This document shows, piece after piece, positions 27,257 through 27,567 of a DNA stretch of 27,567 nucleotides. The stretch covers positions 1-27,567 of the forward strand of contig JBPYFG010000403.1 of assembly GCA_051986365.1 (NCBI GenBank). The letters run 5' to 3'. Each line of letters opens with the position of its first letter. The first letter of the stretch is position 1. Both the position numbers and the translations under genes were made by a program. Under the pieces are notes generated by a model. The model was not told where the DNA came from, searched no databases, and saw only the letters and a program-made list of their open reading frames with translations. The stretch is from Xanthobacteraceae bacterium. GTDB lineage: Bacteria > Pseudomonadota > Alphaproteobacteria > Rhizobiales > Xanthobacteraceae.

Positions 27257-27567
27257 CTAGAGAGTCGCTTGGCGCTCGCTCGGCTTGCGCTCGCGCTGGC
27301 GCGCCTTACGGCCGAAAAACAGCGCCTGGCTGACGACGGCCGAGACCACGGCGACCTGGAACGGTTTTGCAATCAGGAAAGCCGGCTCGGGCCGTTGTCC
27401 GGTCAGGAAACGTTCCGGATAAGCAGTGATGAAGATCACCGGGACTTCAAACGAGCCAAGGAGTTCGTTCACCGCATCCAATCCCGAACTGCCGTCGGCG
27501 AGCTGAATATCGGCGAGGATTAATCCGGGCCGCTTCTGTTTCGCCAGAGCCAGTGCTTCGCTGTGGG
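27257..27567 (-). CDS. phyR: PhyR anti-anti-sigma response regulator, C-terminal receiver domain (5' part outside window)
   Basis: Reading the frame to the window edge gives HSEALALAKQKRPGLILADIQLADGSSGLDAVNELL...PVIFITAYPERFLTGQRPEPAFLIAKPF, the characteristic PhyR receiver sequence. Confidence 0.95.
   Translation of the reverse strand, partial: HSEALALAKQKRPGLILADIQLADGSSGLDAVNELLGSFEVPVIFITAYPERFLTGQRPEPAFLIAKPFQVAVVSAVVSQALFFGRKARQRERKPSERQATL

Noticed and set aside
26797-27333. 178-aa plus-strand ORF across the sRNA region
   Set aside because: No motifs or SD, crosses an intrinsic terminator and overlaps phyR; the RNA-structure explanation is more parsimonious.

Overview
GC-rich alphaproteobacterial chromosomal segment, Hyphomicrobiales-like (inferred from gene order, PhyR and SecA features). 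1-14.7 kb is a largely conserved housekeeping block: YafK/DpaA-type L,D-transpeptidase-fold lipoprotein, GIY-YIG protein, orphan CnbZ-like protein, secA, parvulin PPIase, argJ, alpha/beta hydrolase, mutT, SAM methyltransferase, comF, grxC, Nit1-like amidase, DUF1178, EamA and ubiG. 14.8-23.6 kb is accessory: a LIV-family ABC importer whose binding protein resembles aromatic-acid binders, converging on a tightly coupled 4-gene operon of unknown function (alpha/beta hydrolase, Ldh_2 oxidoreductase, single-barrel MetE-like Zn enzyme, Bug/TctC binding protein). 23.7-27.6 kb is a general stress response (GSR) locus: HWE kinase, L,D-transpeptidase, small secreted protein and the 3' end of phyR. Best unannotated signals: (i) a probable ~90-nt small RNA (C-rich anti-Shine-Dalgarno loop hairpin plus intrinsic terminator) next to phyR; (ii) sigma-EcfG-type promoters (GGAAC-N16/17-[C/G]GTT) before the secreted microprotein and the L,D-transpeptidase; (iii) the 4-gene MetE-like operon; (iv) two palindromic repeat elements, one of which apparently split an ancestral overlap between the two ABC ATPase genes. 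No tRNA, rRNA, CRISPR array or transposase seen. All family assignments come from motif recognition and recall, not database searches.
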